64,000 bases of DNA from Oikopleura dioica (lineage: Eukaryota; Animalia; Chordata). Each line of letters opens with the position of its first letter. Within the stretch, counting starts at the first letter, position 1. Shown piece after piece: positions 27,260-39,000 of the stretch. The stretch lies in contig OU015568.1 in NCBI GenBank assembly GCA_907165135.1, positions 5,084,001 through 5,148,000 on the forward strand, written 5' to 3'. The notes beneath the pieces were generated by a model that was not told the origin of the DNA, did no database searches, and saw only the letters and a program-made list of their open reading frames with translations. A program made the position numbers and the translations under genes.

Positions 27260-27832
27260 TAGTCAGATTTGCCATAATTTAAAATTGGTTTCCAGTTAAA
27301 TTTAAGATAGTGACACCCTTATTTCTCCATCTTAAAATCTTCTTTAGACCCTCATCTTCCATTTTGGTACAGTATCTTACAGGCTTTCTTTTCATATTTG
27401 AACCCTTCTGTAACAGAATAAAGGGTAAACAAGATTTCAAGTTGAGCGGTGCGAAAAGCTGCCGACACTTGACCTTTTCAAAAAGCAGAACGTATTTTGC
27501 ATGCTGCGGCGGATTACGAAGCTTTCTCGTTCTACACCGCTGACGATGCTCGCGATTAACCTCCACGAAAAATGCCGGAAATCATTATTTCTGAGAAGTG
27601 TTCATTTTCTTCTTGGCCCCTGCCCATCAACGAGTACCTAATCAGCTCGCGGACTAATAATACACTAATAAAACAACAGGAGCAGGAGCGCCCATGATAA
27701 TGAATCAGACTTATCAATTCTTTACGATCGGAGCCAAGCGAACTCGGTCCAAAATTTTCCGCACCATTGTTTTTTAATTACAAAACAAAAAAAAAGAAAG
27801 AATATTTTTCTTTTAACTTAACAGAGAAAAGA

Positions 27833-29169
27833 ATGAAGTTTTTCGCGTTGTTTCTGGCAGTTGTCCTTGGAGAAGAAGTTTGTAAATTTAATGGGATCCG
27901 ACGAAGAAGAAGAGGATACAGAGCGATTGATTATGGACTCGGCACGGATTTGAATATTGTTTTACTGAGAATTGAAGGTAAGGAGAGGAAAGATGATTTT
28001 AAACGAAAAATTTTGTCTTCTATGCTCGGCTCTAAGTCCCACGTTTTTATACCCAAGAACCCTTTAGTAATGTGCCCTTACCCTTAATTGACCATTAACC
28101 CATACGACTACTGTATTTGAAGTACAGTATTTCCAAAACAATAACTCTCAGGTTGACAGTCTCAGCTACAATGTCTAGAGAAATTTGCTATTAATGATTT
28201 TAAAAATCCAATAAGATAATAAAGTATTATTAATAATATTATCAAAAATAGCCGAGTTGTTTTTGAGTTTTCGAAGATCATCAAGTTTTCTCCGGACTCT
28301 TTTTAATTCTCAATAATTTATTGACAATAAATTTAAGTCTACTCACCATAGACAATGGCTTTAAGACCACCAGGATTTTTACTCGCTGGGAAGAAGACTA
28401 CTAATAAATGGGATAAAATTACGATTGAGCGTAAAAATTATTCGCTAACCGTGATATTCAGAGGACTCATTAACAAAGCTTGATCAATCGACGACTGATC
28501 ATTTGAAGATACTTTACGGCGTCGATGAAGATTATGAGACAGTGGTTACTGTCGGGAAACCCATGAATGCGAAATATTTGGTGAGTTATATTTGGAATTA
28601 TGCTGGGCAGGATTTCAAGTTAATTTTCTAGTGCTGCGACGAGAGCATCATTCATGTTGACATGATTCAAGCTTGTCAGGTTCTTGATTTCCGGACAGCG
28701 GAGGTCCCGGATTCTCCAGTGACAGATCACGATGTTCAAGTCGGCGAGGAGGAGATCTTGATGGAAGGTACTTATTTGAAATAAGTTATTTCAAAATTTT
28801 TCCCCGAAAAATTAATAAATTGCCTTCAATTCAGACATCGACTTCAAAAACTCAACGACAACTTCACCTGGAAATTCAAGCGAATCATTCGACGTCCCTG
28901 AAGCTGTAGTCGACTCTGCTCTTATCACCATCATCTCTCCCTTCTTCAACGCTTCTGGCTACATCATCATTCTCGTTGGCTTCATTCTCGGAGTCATCCT
29001 CACCCTTGTCTGCGTCAAATGCTGCTGTGATGGTTACGAAAGAGAGCCGGAAATTAAAGAGGACGAAATAAACTCGCTTTTGCTCAGGGGAGGAATAAGA
29101 GGAGGTTCATTTGACTATCGAAAATCGCTCAATGGGACGCTTGATAGAGCGAATACTCTTACTGCATGA
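27833..29169 (+). CDS. Type I single-pass membrane protein of unknown function
   Basis: Signal exon MKFFALFLAVVLGEE; exons at ~28462-28581, 28632-28768 and 28835-29169; TM GYIIILVGFILGVILTLVCV followed by KCCC. Confidence 0.65.
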
Positions 29170-29561
29170 AGCTTATCGAAAAAAAACTGTATATAATTTT
29201 CAAATAAAAGGCGAAAAAACCATTTCAATGAAAATCGGGACCATTTTATCGAATGAGTCAAAAATTGTCTTTTTAACATGATCTTTGGTTAATTCATTTT
29301 CAAGTTCCTTCGAGTAATTTTCGGCTGAACGTCCGAGAATTGTCAGCAATTGAACCTAATTAATTGATTCCCCGCGATTTTCATCCGTCAACACGTTTTT
29401 CGATATGAAAATAAACACGTGACCAGACGGGGCAACTTCTTTTACGAAGAAATTGCGGTAGGGCTTCAGGTGCTATAAATATTTTATATCCGGTGCGCCT
29501 TTATCGCCTTGCCCCGCTCGTGTCGCGATTCTTTTGAAGAAAACTTTAGTGTCTCTTTTAT

Positions 29562-31330
29562 TTACAACCCAAAAACAGCAAACATGATATTGAAGAAAAC
29601 TCTGTCTCGCTCGATCAGAAGCGAGAGCATCAGGAAAAAATCGTAAAAGTGTCGATAGAGGAGCTCGTTGTTTTTCGATTCAAGGAGAGTGAAGAATTTT
29701 TGGCGAATCTCGGACTCTTGCTTTTCGCCGCTTTTGACTTTCGGGTGAATTTTGAAGCTGATAATGATGATGAAGAAAATCGACGTTTGAGCGTACCTGA
29801 GTGTTTTCTCTGCATTGAAAATTGAGCATTTTCCTTCTCCTTTCGGATCAAGCTTTTTCCATGCTTTCTGGACTAAACCAGCTCGTTCCTCCGTCATTTC
29901 GCCGATAAAGGCGGTCAGAAACTCTTCGTATCCAATCGTTCCGGATTGATCTTCGTCCACGATTCTCCAGACGCTTTCAAATTCTTCGACAGACAAGCCT
30001 ACATGGTAAAATATTCAGTCGAAGTGGAAATCGGAAAAAAGCTCTTACGAATATTCGCCGAGGAGAGAGCTAATTGAAGCTCGTCTTTTGACAAGCTTCC
30101 ATCTCCAGATTTGTCTAACTTCGCGAACTGTTTCTGAAGCGAGCTGATGCTTTTGATGAAATTCTCCTTCAGTCGATCTAGAATCTCCTTGAACCGAAAC
30201 TCACCAGCGTTCTCTTACCTTTTACGAGTTTTTGAACTCCCTCAAGAACCTTTCTATCCTTCCTTTCCTCTTCTGTCAGCGCTCCCCCGGTCGGACAGCC
30301 CCACCAAGTATCGAAGCTTTTTTGCTCGTAGTCTTCCACCGCCGTGATTCGGACATAGATCGGCTCTGGATTTCCGGGCTTCAAAAAGCTCAATGTTCCT
30401 CCGGGTCGTATATCACGAGCTTTGAAGACTTCGCCCTTCCTCCGCCCGTGCGCGAAGGAATAAGAAAATCGGGGAGCAATGAGAGTAACTGGCTTTGAAT
30501 AATTCGAGCGTCCTAGAAAATGAAATGAGGTCAAGAACACTTTGAAGAAGAAAAACCTAAGTTGCGGTAATTATAGACCATCATGGTCTGATCAATATTG
30601 AAGAAAAAGCCGTGCAGCTCCTTGATTGCTTTGACGGAATCTTTGGTGATGAACCTGGCAGTAAAAGATTTGTAGTTTTCCAGAGAAGCAGCGGTGACAG
30701 AGCCTTTTGGAGCGATTTCTGTATCGTGCAGTCTCCTGCATTTTCCCTGAAAGAAAAATAATCCTGGTTGTTTCAGTAGATTCACTAGAGTACCTTCAGA
30801 ACCCCAGGATCACGACCAATTGGTTTGACTTTCTGCTCATTAGAATTAATCGCTCCATTTGACAAGCTAAAAACAAAATGAGATTTCTGGCGACTTTCTC
30901 TTATTGTTACTCACCAATCTTCTTTCATTTGTTCCTTGACAATTTCTTTGATTCTCTTATTCTCCGCAGTCTGAGCCTCGATTTTCTCGTAGCAATCTGC
31001 GAGGACTAAATCTGCGAAATCAAGGAAGAATTTCGCCATTTCTTCTGATCCATCATTGGCTGTCGGGTAATTTGGGATATAAGCGGAAAGGTCCATTTCT
31101 GACCGGTCGGTCGTGTCGAGATAGTAGTAGGGTTGTTTCTTTGGCACTGCTGGAGCTTCATTTTCGCCCGATCGAGCTGAATTCTGGGGCCGAGCGGAGC
31201 CAGATGGAGTGGGCAATGGGGTCCCCCAAGAAAGCTCCTTCGAAGCAACTTCTCTAACTTTCAAATCTCTATCTTGGCTCTCATCGTGACCAAGTGCGGT
31301 TTTTAGGTCAAGCCGAGGGACAGAAGCCAT
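29562..31330 (-). CDS. CAPS2: Calcyphosin-2-like EF-hand protein
   Basis: N-terminal SVPRLDL motif; EF-hand DEDQSGTIGYEEFL followed by IGEMTEERAGLVQKAWKKLDPKGEG, typical of calcyphosins. Confidence 0.75.
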
Positions 31331-32430
31331 TTTGGGAGAAAATAAATTGAAAGCGAAAAGAAGAAACTTGTCGTGGAAATAATTGGATGAAGATATTTGC
31401 GCGTTGCCAAGGAAACGAAAATTATAAGAAAATTTCAGCGGCTTTGAAGACCTTTTTGACTTGATTTTGTCGAATTCGAGCACATACGGTATTTCGGTTA
31501 ATACTTACAGAATGAATAAAATCATGACAGAAACCTTCTTTCAAGGACATAAGAAGGTTAATTTGCGCGCTGACCTACCTATTACTTCTTTCCCTTAAAT
31601 AAGCTGTCAGCATAAGCCTGACATCTTTCGGGATAAAAACAACACGAGGCAAAATGGAATCAATTATTCATCCTTGATTTCAGTCAGCTTAGGAAACAGC
31701 TCACGGAGAGTTTATAATGCGGAGGGCGGCAAAGGTTAATTTTATTTTTCTTGAACCGTCGCATTCGGACACTCTTGCCGGTCAAAATCGTCTCTAAGAA
31801 TCAATCACGTGAATAAATTTGAATTTCCTTTTTTGATAAATAAGACGAAAATTAGAGATATAAAAAAAGAAAAAAATAATTGGTAAATAAGAACCGGTAA
31901 CAAAGCATTTTTTATTTAAGAAAGTGATACCCTTATTTCATTTGATCAAAATTAATAAAATTTTAAAGGAAAATCGTCATTTTTTCGGTGAATTTATGAT
32001 AATAATCAAAAATAATAAATAATTATTTTAAATAATTAAAATATTTAAATAATTATGAAGCATTAGATTTCAAATCTGCCATATAGAGACAAATAAGTAA
32101 AGTTGAATAAGAAGTCTTTTTGTCGCAAATCGAGCTTGTTTTATATTCAAAACAGGAGACGTTTTAGCAGTCATTAGTAAATGCAATCATTCAACCCAAC
32201 GAAATGATATGTTTTAGCAACGAGAAGCTGAATACTTTATGAAAGAGAGTCCATTACGTGAAAACCGTCAAGAAGAGCATCAAAACTGGCTTTCTTGAAA
32301 ATACTCAAATCAGAATTTGAATTAGAAAGAGACAAAAAAGGACGAAAAAAAGGCAAATTGTTGAAATAATATTAAGTTTTTTCATCATTTATTTTCTAGG
32401 AAAGGATCTTATCTGACAGTTCTTCAATGT

Positions 32431-32873
32431 ATGGCGACTCAAACTGGCGACAAGCCTCTTTACTTTTTTGTCATATTCCCACTTGCACCTGCTTTTCTTC
32501 TCTTGGTAAGAATAACCTTGAACTATAGGTTGGAAAAAGTAGATATGGGGGTAAGGGGCCCAACAATGACCACCTCCCCCTCACTTCGAAGAGTTTGCCC
32601 ATCCTTGTTATATTTTAGTCGTTCGCGTTTTGGTACAACTGTGTTCGGCCAAAACTTTTTAAAGAAAAAGTCCGGAAAGGTATGAAACCCGCCGTTGAAC
32701 ATAATTCTCAATCGTTTTTTCAAGAAAGAGAAGCTCTTTACATAACAATCGCCGAAGATATGAACAGAAAAGCTGCAGCAAGTATTCGGAAAGAGTTGAT
32801 AATTAGACTTATTGACAACGATTTTGACTATTCACCAGTTATAATTGAAAATTATGAGACCGCTTTATTTTGA
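32431..32873 (+). CDS. Possible small single-pass membrane protein; 5' end uncertain
   Basis: Splicing ttg|gtaag...tttag|tcg joins PLYFFVIFPLAPAFLLL to SFAFWYNCVRPKLFKEKVRKG and continues into ORF 32682-32873. Confidence 0.4.
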
Positions 32874-33734
32874 GAAAAGATTTCGAATTGTTTTTCTTTC
32901 TTATTGGATGTTCAAGGTCACTGAATGAAAATAAGCCATAATTTATGGTTCATAAATTATGCTTGTACAAATGTCATCTGTGTCCTTTTCATGTAAATAC
33001 AGTCTTGTCAAAATGCATTTTGTTGTTGAACTTAACCAACCTTGCTTACTGAACTAATAGCATGAACCCTGTTGCTTCATCCTGGTGTTTCCAATGTTCA
33101 TTTGGCCCTAATCCTCCCGCACACAAGATGTTATTCACGTCATGTAATAACATTATTAATGCTGAGCATTTCTTCGAGACGTCACAGACCATTTTTCCAA
33201 TTTTAACCCGATCAAACATTTTTGAAAATGGATTGTTACGTCTCCTTCTGGCAGTTGCAAGGCTGTCTATTTTCCATTCCTATCAACTCCCGAAAAAGCG
33301 CAAATCAAGACGCAAAGACGCAAGAAAAGACAATGTCTCAATTTCGGCAAAGCGAAGGCACTTTTATCGACTACACTTCCTGAATTCAAACAATTTTCTT
33401 CTATGTTTTTCTTCAAAATATAAGATTTTGACTTTTATTTCAGCTAATTAATGGTTTTAAAGAAATGTCTAGTTTCCTTTCCTAAACGAATTCCGAATTG
33501 CGAATCGCAGGAAAAATAGACAGTTAATCATAGGTCAATTAAGAAGAATAAGATAATTGCCAATAATTTGTTGGCTTATAAAACATTCAGAAGTGGGAGT
33601 CGATTATCTTTTTCTGGACCATGTTCCACATCAACATTAAGACATTAGCAGATTGACTGTCATCTGCGAAAGAAACGATTTTCGTTCCCATGGAGACACC
33701 CAACTGGGACTAATCATTTATCTTGATCGCCTTA

Positions 33735-33755
33735 TAACCCTAACCCTAACCCTAA
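33735..33755. repeat. Short interstitial (TAACCC)3 telomere-like tract
   Basis: taaccc taaccc taaccc taa. Confidence 0.7.
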
Positions 33756-33942
33756 GGACCTCTCTTATTGGAAGTTTCTTGAATCACTCAGGCACTGAAT
33801 TAATTGCAATCCAAATACTTTGTGTCCTAGTCATTTTCATTTGCTCGCGAAAATAAACGTTAATATTTAACTATCGCTGCCGCTACTTATCTATTTCGCG
33901 CATTTCTAAATTTTATCTCGGAAATAAAAAATATTTGAAATC

Positions 33943-34762
33943 ATGGAAGACGCAGAGAATAATTTCATGGACGCTATCGCCAAGTTTCAGGAGGCTTTCG
34001 AGCTTGTGAAAGAACATGGCGGTGGATCGGCCAGTTTGAGGGAAGAAATCGAAGAGCTGCAGGCGCAGGAGGCTGAGTTGGAAGAAGCGAAAGAAGAGCT
34101 GAAGGGGGAGTTTGAGGAGATTTGCAGGACGTATTTGGCGATGGAGGATGAAATGGCCGAATATGACCAGCTCAAGGTTCGATTTCCCAGCTTTTTGGCA
34201 GTTTTTTTTTACTAAAAATGGCAAATAAACGCGCAGAACTCGTCTTTATATTGCCAAAGAGACTGTTTTCAGCCAGATTTTTACCGAAAAAAAACCTTTT
34301 TAGTCATTTTTCATCCCTTTTTCAGGAAAATCTCCAAGCCGCTGCCGATGCACTTGGAATCGAAAACGCCAGCCTCAAGGAAATTCGAGAAGCAATCAAG
34401 GCAAAATGCGAAGAGCTCGGAACTGAAAACGCCAATTTGAAAGCACTCATCGAATCTCACGGAGATCTTGACGTAAAACTAAATATTTGATGTTCTCAAA
34501 TTTAAGTGATTGTTCAGGAAGAGGTCGAAATTCTCCAGGTTGAAGTTCAGTCCTATCAAGATGCTCTTGAACCGATGCAAGCTGAATTAGACAGGGTAAG
34601 TCTTTTGAAGAAATTTGAGAACTCTAGAGCGGTGTTTAGCTTGAAGCTGAAAATGAATCCGTCGGCGAAAAGTACAGAAAGTACCGAAGAAAGCTCAAGA
34701 AGCTCGAAAAACTTGCCGGAATCATTCGAGACAATGATGATTCATCTGATTTCTCAGACTAA
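33943..34762 (+). CDS. Acidic coiled-coil protein with a basic C-terminal patch (4 exons)
   Basis: Heptad-rich E/K/L/A sequence (LREEIEELQAQEAELEEAKEELK...); GT-AG introns keep the frame; KYRKYRRKLKKLEK near the C-terminus. Confidence 0.65.
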
Positions 34763-35212
34763 CGAGTTCAATATTGGAACTGCTGCTCTAGAAACGCTTT
34801 TTCACCAATAAAAGTCTCAGAAAAACCTTTTCTATTTTATGAATATTTGTTTTACGATAATTCGAAAAAGCGAGGGAGGAATGAACATTTTAAGGTTTGG
34901 TTCATAACTCAAGTATCTAATTTATATTTAAGGTCGCAATTATTTCATCTTTTTCAAAAGGGAGAAAAGAAGATTTTTTCAACAAAAAGCTGAAAAATCC
35001 TGGTGCTTTAAGGCTTCTACTCGGAGTGTTAACTACTGGAATTCTCTAGAACATGATCGCTTCCCTGAAAAGAGGATGGTGCCATCACACTTGACATGCT
35101 CGCCGGTCTGATCGCTGCGGTCAAACCAACAACAAGTGTTAGTGAGATTTCAAGCGGCGTTTGCATAAAATTTTTGCAAGATTATTCATCAAATTGTAGA
35201 TTTTATTTGAGC

Positions 35213-35389
35213 ATGGTTTTACCGAATAGCGAGAATGGGGATTTGTTCTCATATAAATTTAAATTCCTTCTATTCGTTGGGTCTTTCACATTTTTATCAT
35301 CGGCAAATACATATTTTTTTAAAGAGAATGCTCTCAACGAAGAACTTTACAGGTCGCCTACAACTGCTGATTTTAACCAAGATGAGAAG
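35213..35389 (+). pseudogene. Truncated duplicate of the 5' end of the fucosyltransferase-sulfotransferase gene
   Basis: [30 protein letters not shown] matches [30 protein letters not shown] from 36051 onward; the match stops abruptly at GC-rich repeat DNA. Confidence 0.7.
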
Positions 35390-35714
35390 AGTCTCGAGGG
35401 ATTCGCCTGCCCCCTATCCGGCGGGTGACAAAAATGACCGGACCACGCGGGTGACAAGCCCGCGATGCTCGAACTGCTCAACTCCGCAGGGAACAGCGAG
35501 TTGCGGTTGGAAATCGCTTATCAACCGTGGAGAATCATGATCAAAGAGACGTTTTGAGCTCGAGTTTATCCACACAAGGCTCATATTTTCAGAGGATCAA
35601 AATTATTTTCGACCCACAATTTTTAGAACAATACTTTATCCGGTTAAACCATTACACTAAACCATTACACCTACCGGGGTAGTAGGGGGTTATTGTTTGG
35701 GCTGCCCCTAAGTC

Positions 35715-35825
35715 TAAACCTAACCCAGGGGGCTACGCCCCCGGGACCCCCCCACCTAACGCCTAAACCAGGGGGTTTCGCCCCCCGGACCCCCCTTAAG
35801 AGTTCCCAGTCCCTAACCCTAACCA
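35715..35825. repeat. Tandem pair of GGGGGCTACGCCCCC-type hairpin units with CCCTAA-like flanks (related copies near 39195 and 54828)
   Basis: ctaacccagggggctacgcccccgggacccccc and ctaaaccagggggtttcgccccccggacccccc, followed by ccctaaccctaacc. Confidence 0.6.
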
Positions 35826-36050
35826 TTAGCTCAGATTCTAGAGTTATTGGATGGCTCGAATCATAGGCCCGAATGATAACCCCTCTCTTCGCCTACCGGT
35901 TGTGCCTATCTCCTAGCGCGTTTCTCGCGGGTGCCTCAGCTGCTTCACCCAAGCGCCTCTCGCGCGCCCTTTTAGAATTCGCTCTAGCGAGTGCGTAGAG
36001 AAGATCTCTTTTCCCTCTTTTTTGCAAATTATTCAAAGCAAGAATTGTCG

Positions 36051-39000
36051 ATGATTTTATCGAAGATCAAGAATGGCGATTTGTTCAGTTTTAAATTTAA
36101 ATTTCTCTTATTTGTTGGATTTTTCTCATCGTCGATTTTTTATATTTTAAAAGAGAATGCTCTCAATGAAGAACCTTACAGATCCCATGTTACTGTTGAT
36201 TTTGACCACGATGAAAATCTTATCGAGAAAAAAGAGAAGATAATTATTCCAGTCAATCTTTACGGTCCAAACAACCAAATGATGGGCCTCCGTGAAAGTT
36301 TATTCATTACACGTCTCATGAATCGAACTTTTGTTGCTCCTCTATTTTTTCGACATCATACTACTGGGGGTCATCCCTTTTCCGAAGCGGCTCTTTTTAT
36401 CGATCAGGAAAATTTATCCAAAATGGTAAAAACAGTCAACTCAACTGATGTTCGGTCAATTTGCGGCGACTCATTCGATCTCATTCTTGATCATCGTCCA
36501 GCCTCAACATACGGTAGCGCTCGGATTGAAAAAACGTTCAAGTATTTTAAAATGAATTATGAAACATGGAACAGGAAATCGGCATTATCTTAAGCAACCG
36601 AAGTCGTCAAATTTTGGAATTTTTAATTATTGACAAATTGCTAATGGCAATTGTCAATGAAAAATTTATTTATCAATTATCAAGTATTCGATGAAGAAGT
36701 TATGCCGGTCAGAACAGAAAGGGTCCATCTAAAAAACATAGGATCTGAAGGAACTAAAGCTTTGACAAGATCTTTGAGCCAATACGAAGAAAAACGATGC
36801 ATTTTATTAAGGGGGAGGTCGACGAGAATCGGGATTTCCGTGACCAAGAATGCGGGAAACATGAAAAAATAGATTTTCAATTGATTTTTATCTTAACTCC
36901 GCAACTGGTTCTCGACATTTTTTGTCGATAAGGCCCTGTCCTCCTATTTCGAGATATTTGATTTGGAAGTTGAGCTTCGAAAAATATTTTTCATAATAAC
37001 TCGTAACAGAAAGGGAGGGCCCAGTTTTTTATTGATTAAATAGAATGCCCTTATCAAGAGCCTTCGAATGAGCCCACTCCTGTTCACTAACGACGCCCGG
37101 ATGGTGAAAATCATCTTTTTACGTCCGAGGCCTAGTAATGAGTATTTGCACTGACCTCCTGCACCCTTAGCCAAAAATAGGTCGCGCTAATCCCTCTCGG
37201 TGGCGCTTGGCACCGGAAAGTGTCATTAAAATCAGACTTGTTTTAGAAGGAAACTTTCTTATAACATTTTTATCCTGATGATATATCTGCATTTATGAGC
37301 TGAAAACATCTTTTTATAGTTTTTCGAACATTGAGATTTCGAAAATTTCATTAAAATGTCGAAATTCCGACCTTTTTTTGGAAGCAGTTGTAAGAATTTG
37401 AAGGAGATATAGTTGCGCTAGAGAAACCTAAAAGCGCCATGTGAAAGAACACATTGGTATGTCGACGAAGTTTCAGAAAATTATCTCAGCGGGAAGGTCT
37501 TTTCGACAAAAATTGTCAAGCTCCAGTTGGGGGGTTCTTGGGGCGCGCTCCATTTGGGGAGTTTAAGGACCCCCGCGAGATAGTCACCCTCTCGGCCCTA
37601 TAGCGCCAGCTGTGGTTAGATTAAAAGAAATCTCTGAACTCCTTTACTAGATTCTTAGATTAAAATATTTGCCTCTTAAATAAATTTTTTGAAAATTAAA
37701 GTCAATTTCGTCGTGAAAGGCAGTCAAAAATGGCCAATTTCGAAAAAACCGTTTGGGACTCCCTTAAGGGGGGTCGACGAGAATTTTTTCTGAGGTGATC
37801 GTAATTTCGCGTTTACACATGGTCTGTGCAAGAATCTTATATTTTTGGAATCTACAGATCCTCGCGAATCTGTTGAGCCTATAATCATTCGATTAAAATA
37901 AGATTAAGGGTATAAAATTATGAAAAATGTAAATAAAATGACTATTTTATGTGCATTTTCGCGAAAATGCCCCTACTTTAATGGCATTTTTGACCGATTC
38001 TTCTGGCGAAAATTTTTTCTACTTCTCGCCGGTTAATTTTTTCAGCCCTTTTTCATTTGCCGTTAAATTCAGATTTTGCCTTTCTGATCCGCATTTTTGG
38101 TCACGGAAATCCCGATTCTCGTTGACCCCCTCCTTAAGATACACATATGGTTATCTCGACTGGACTTCGCTGTTCCGCAATCAATTTAAAAATTTGAAGC
38201 CCTTCGTCGACTCAGATTTCGAGCTCATCAAAGAAACCATCAAAGCAACTGTTCGACCGAAGAAAATCAAGAGTCTAGCTGAGAAAATTGTGTCAATCAT
38301 CAAATTCGAAGGACTTAAAGAGCACAAAATGGCGGCTTTCCATTGGAGATACGATTTAAATGACTGGGGAGCTCATGAGGATGATTATAAGGCACTTATG
38401 AAAAATGTGCTTGCAATTAGGGACAGACCCGAATACTTAGCGGAATTCATTCAACAAGAGCTTGGGAAGAGGAACATTTCGAGACTGGTGATCTTTTGTC
38501 CTCCAAGAAATGGGTGAATTTTTTCAGAAAAAACGCACGAATAAGACATAAAATTTGACCCAAAATTAATGATCACGGCTTCGTGGAGCAGCTTCGTTCA
38601 ATCATTGATGATAAAAAAATTTTCACTGAAAAAGAAATTCTTTCACTTTTTCGATCTGATCTGGATAAAATTGATGGCGACACCGAGATCTCTCTTGTCG
38701 AACAAGAGATTTGCTTTCTTTCTGATTTTTTCCTGTTCTCAGAAAAATCTTCTTGGAGCATGAATATAAATCTCGAACGAGTTATTGATGGAAGAACTGA
38801 TAATTTATTCAATTTGGATTTTCCTATTATAAAAGAAAATTGCGATATGGGGATAAGAATGGGTAGCAAAGACGAGTTTGGGGTTTTTCCTTTAGTTTCT
38901 TTTCCAGGCAGCGGAAATACGTAAGTACCAAAAAATTGTTATAATTGATAACCGGATACCCTCTGTTCGCCGGGATATCCTCGGTTCGCCGGGATTCGGG

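Noticed and set aside
33735-33755. Telomere or chromosome end
   Set aside because: Only three units, internal to gene-dense DNA.
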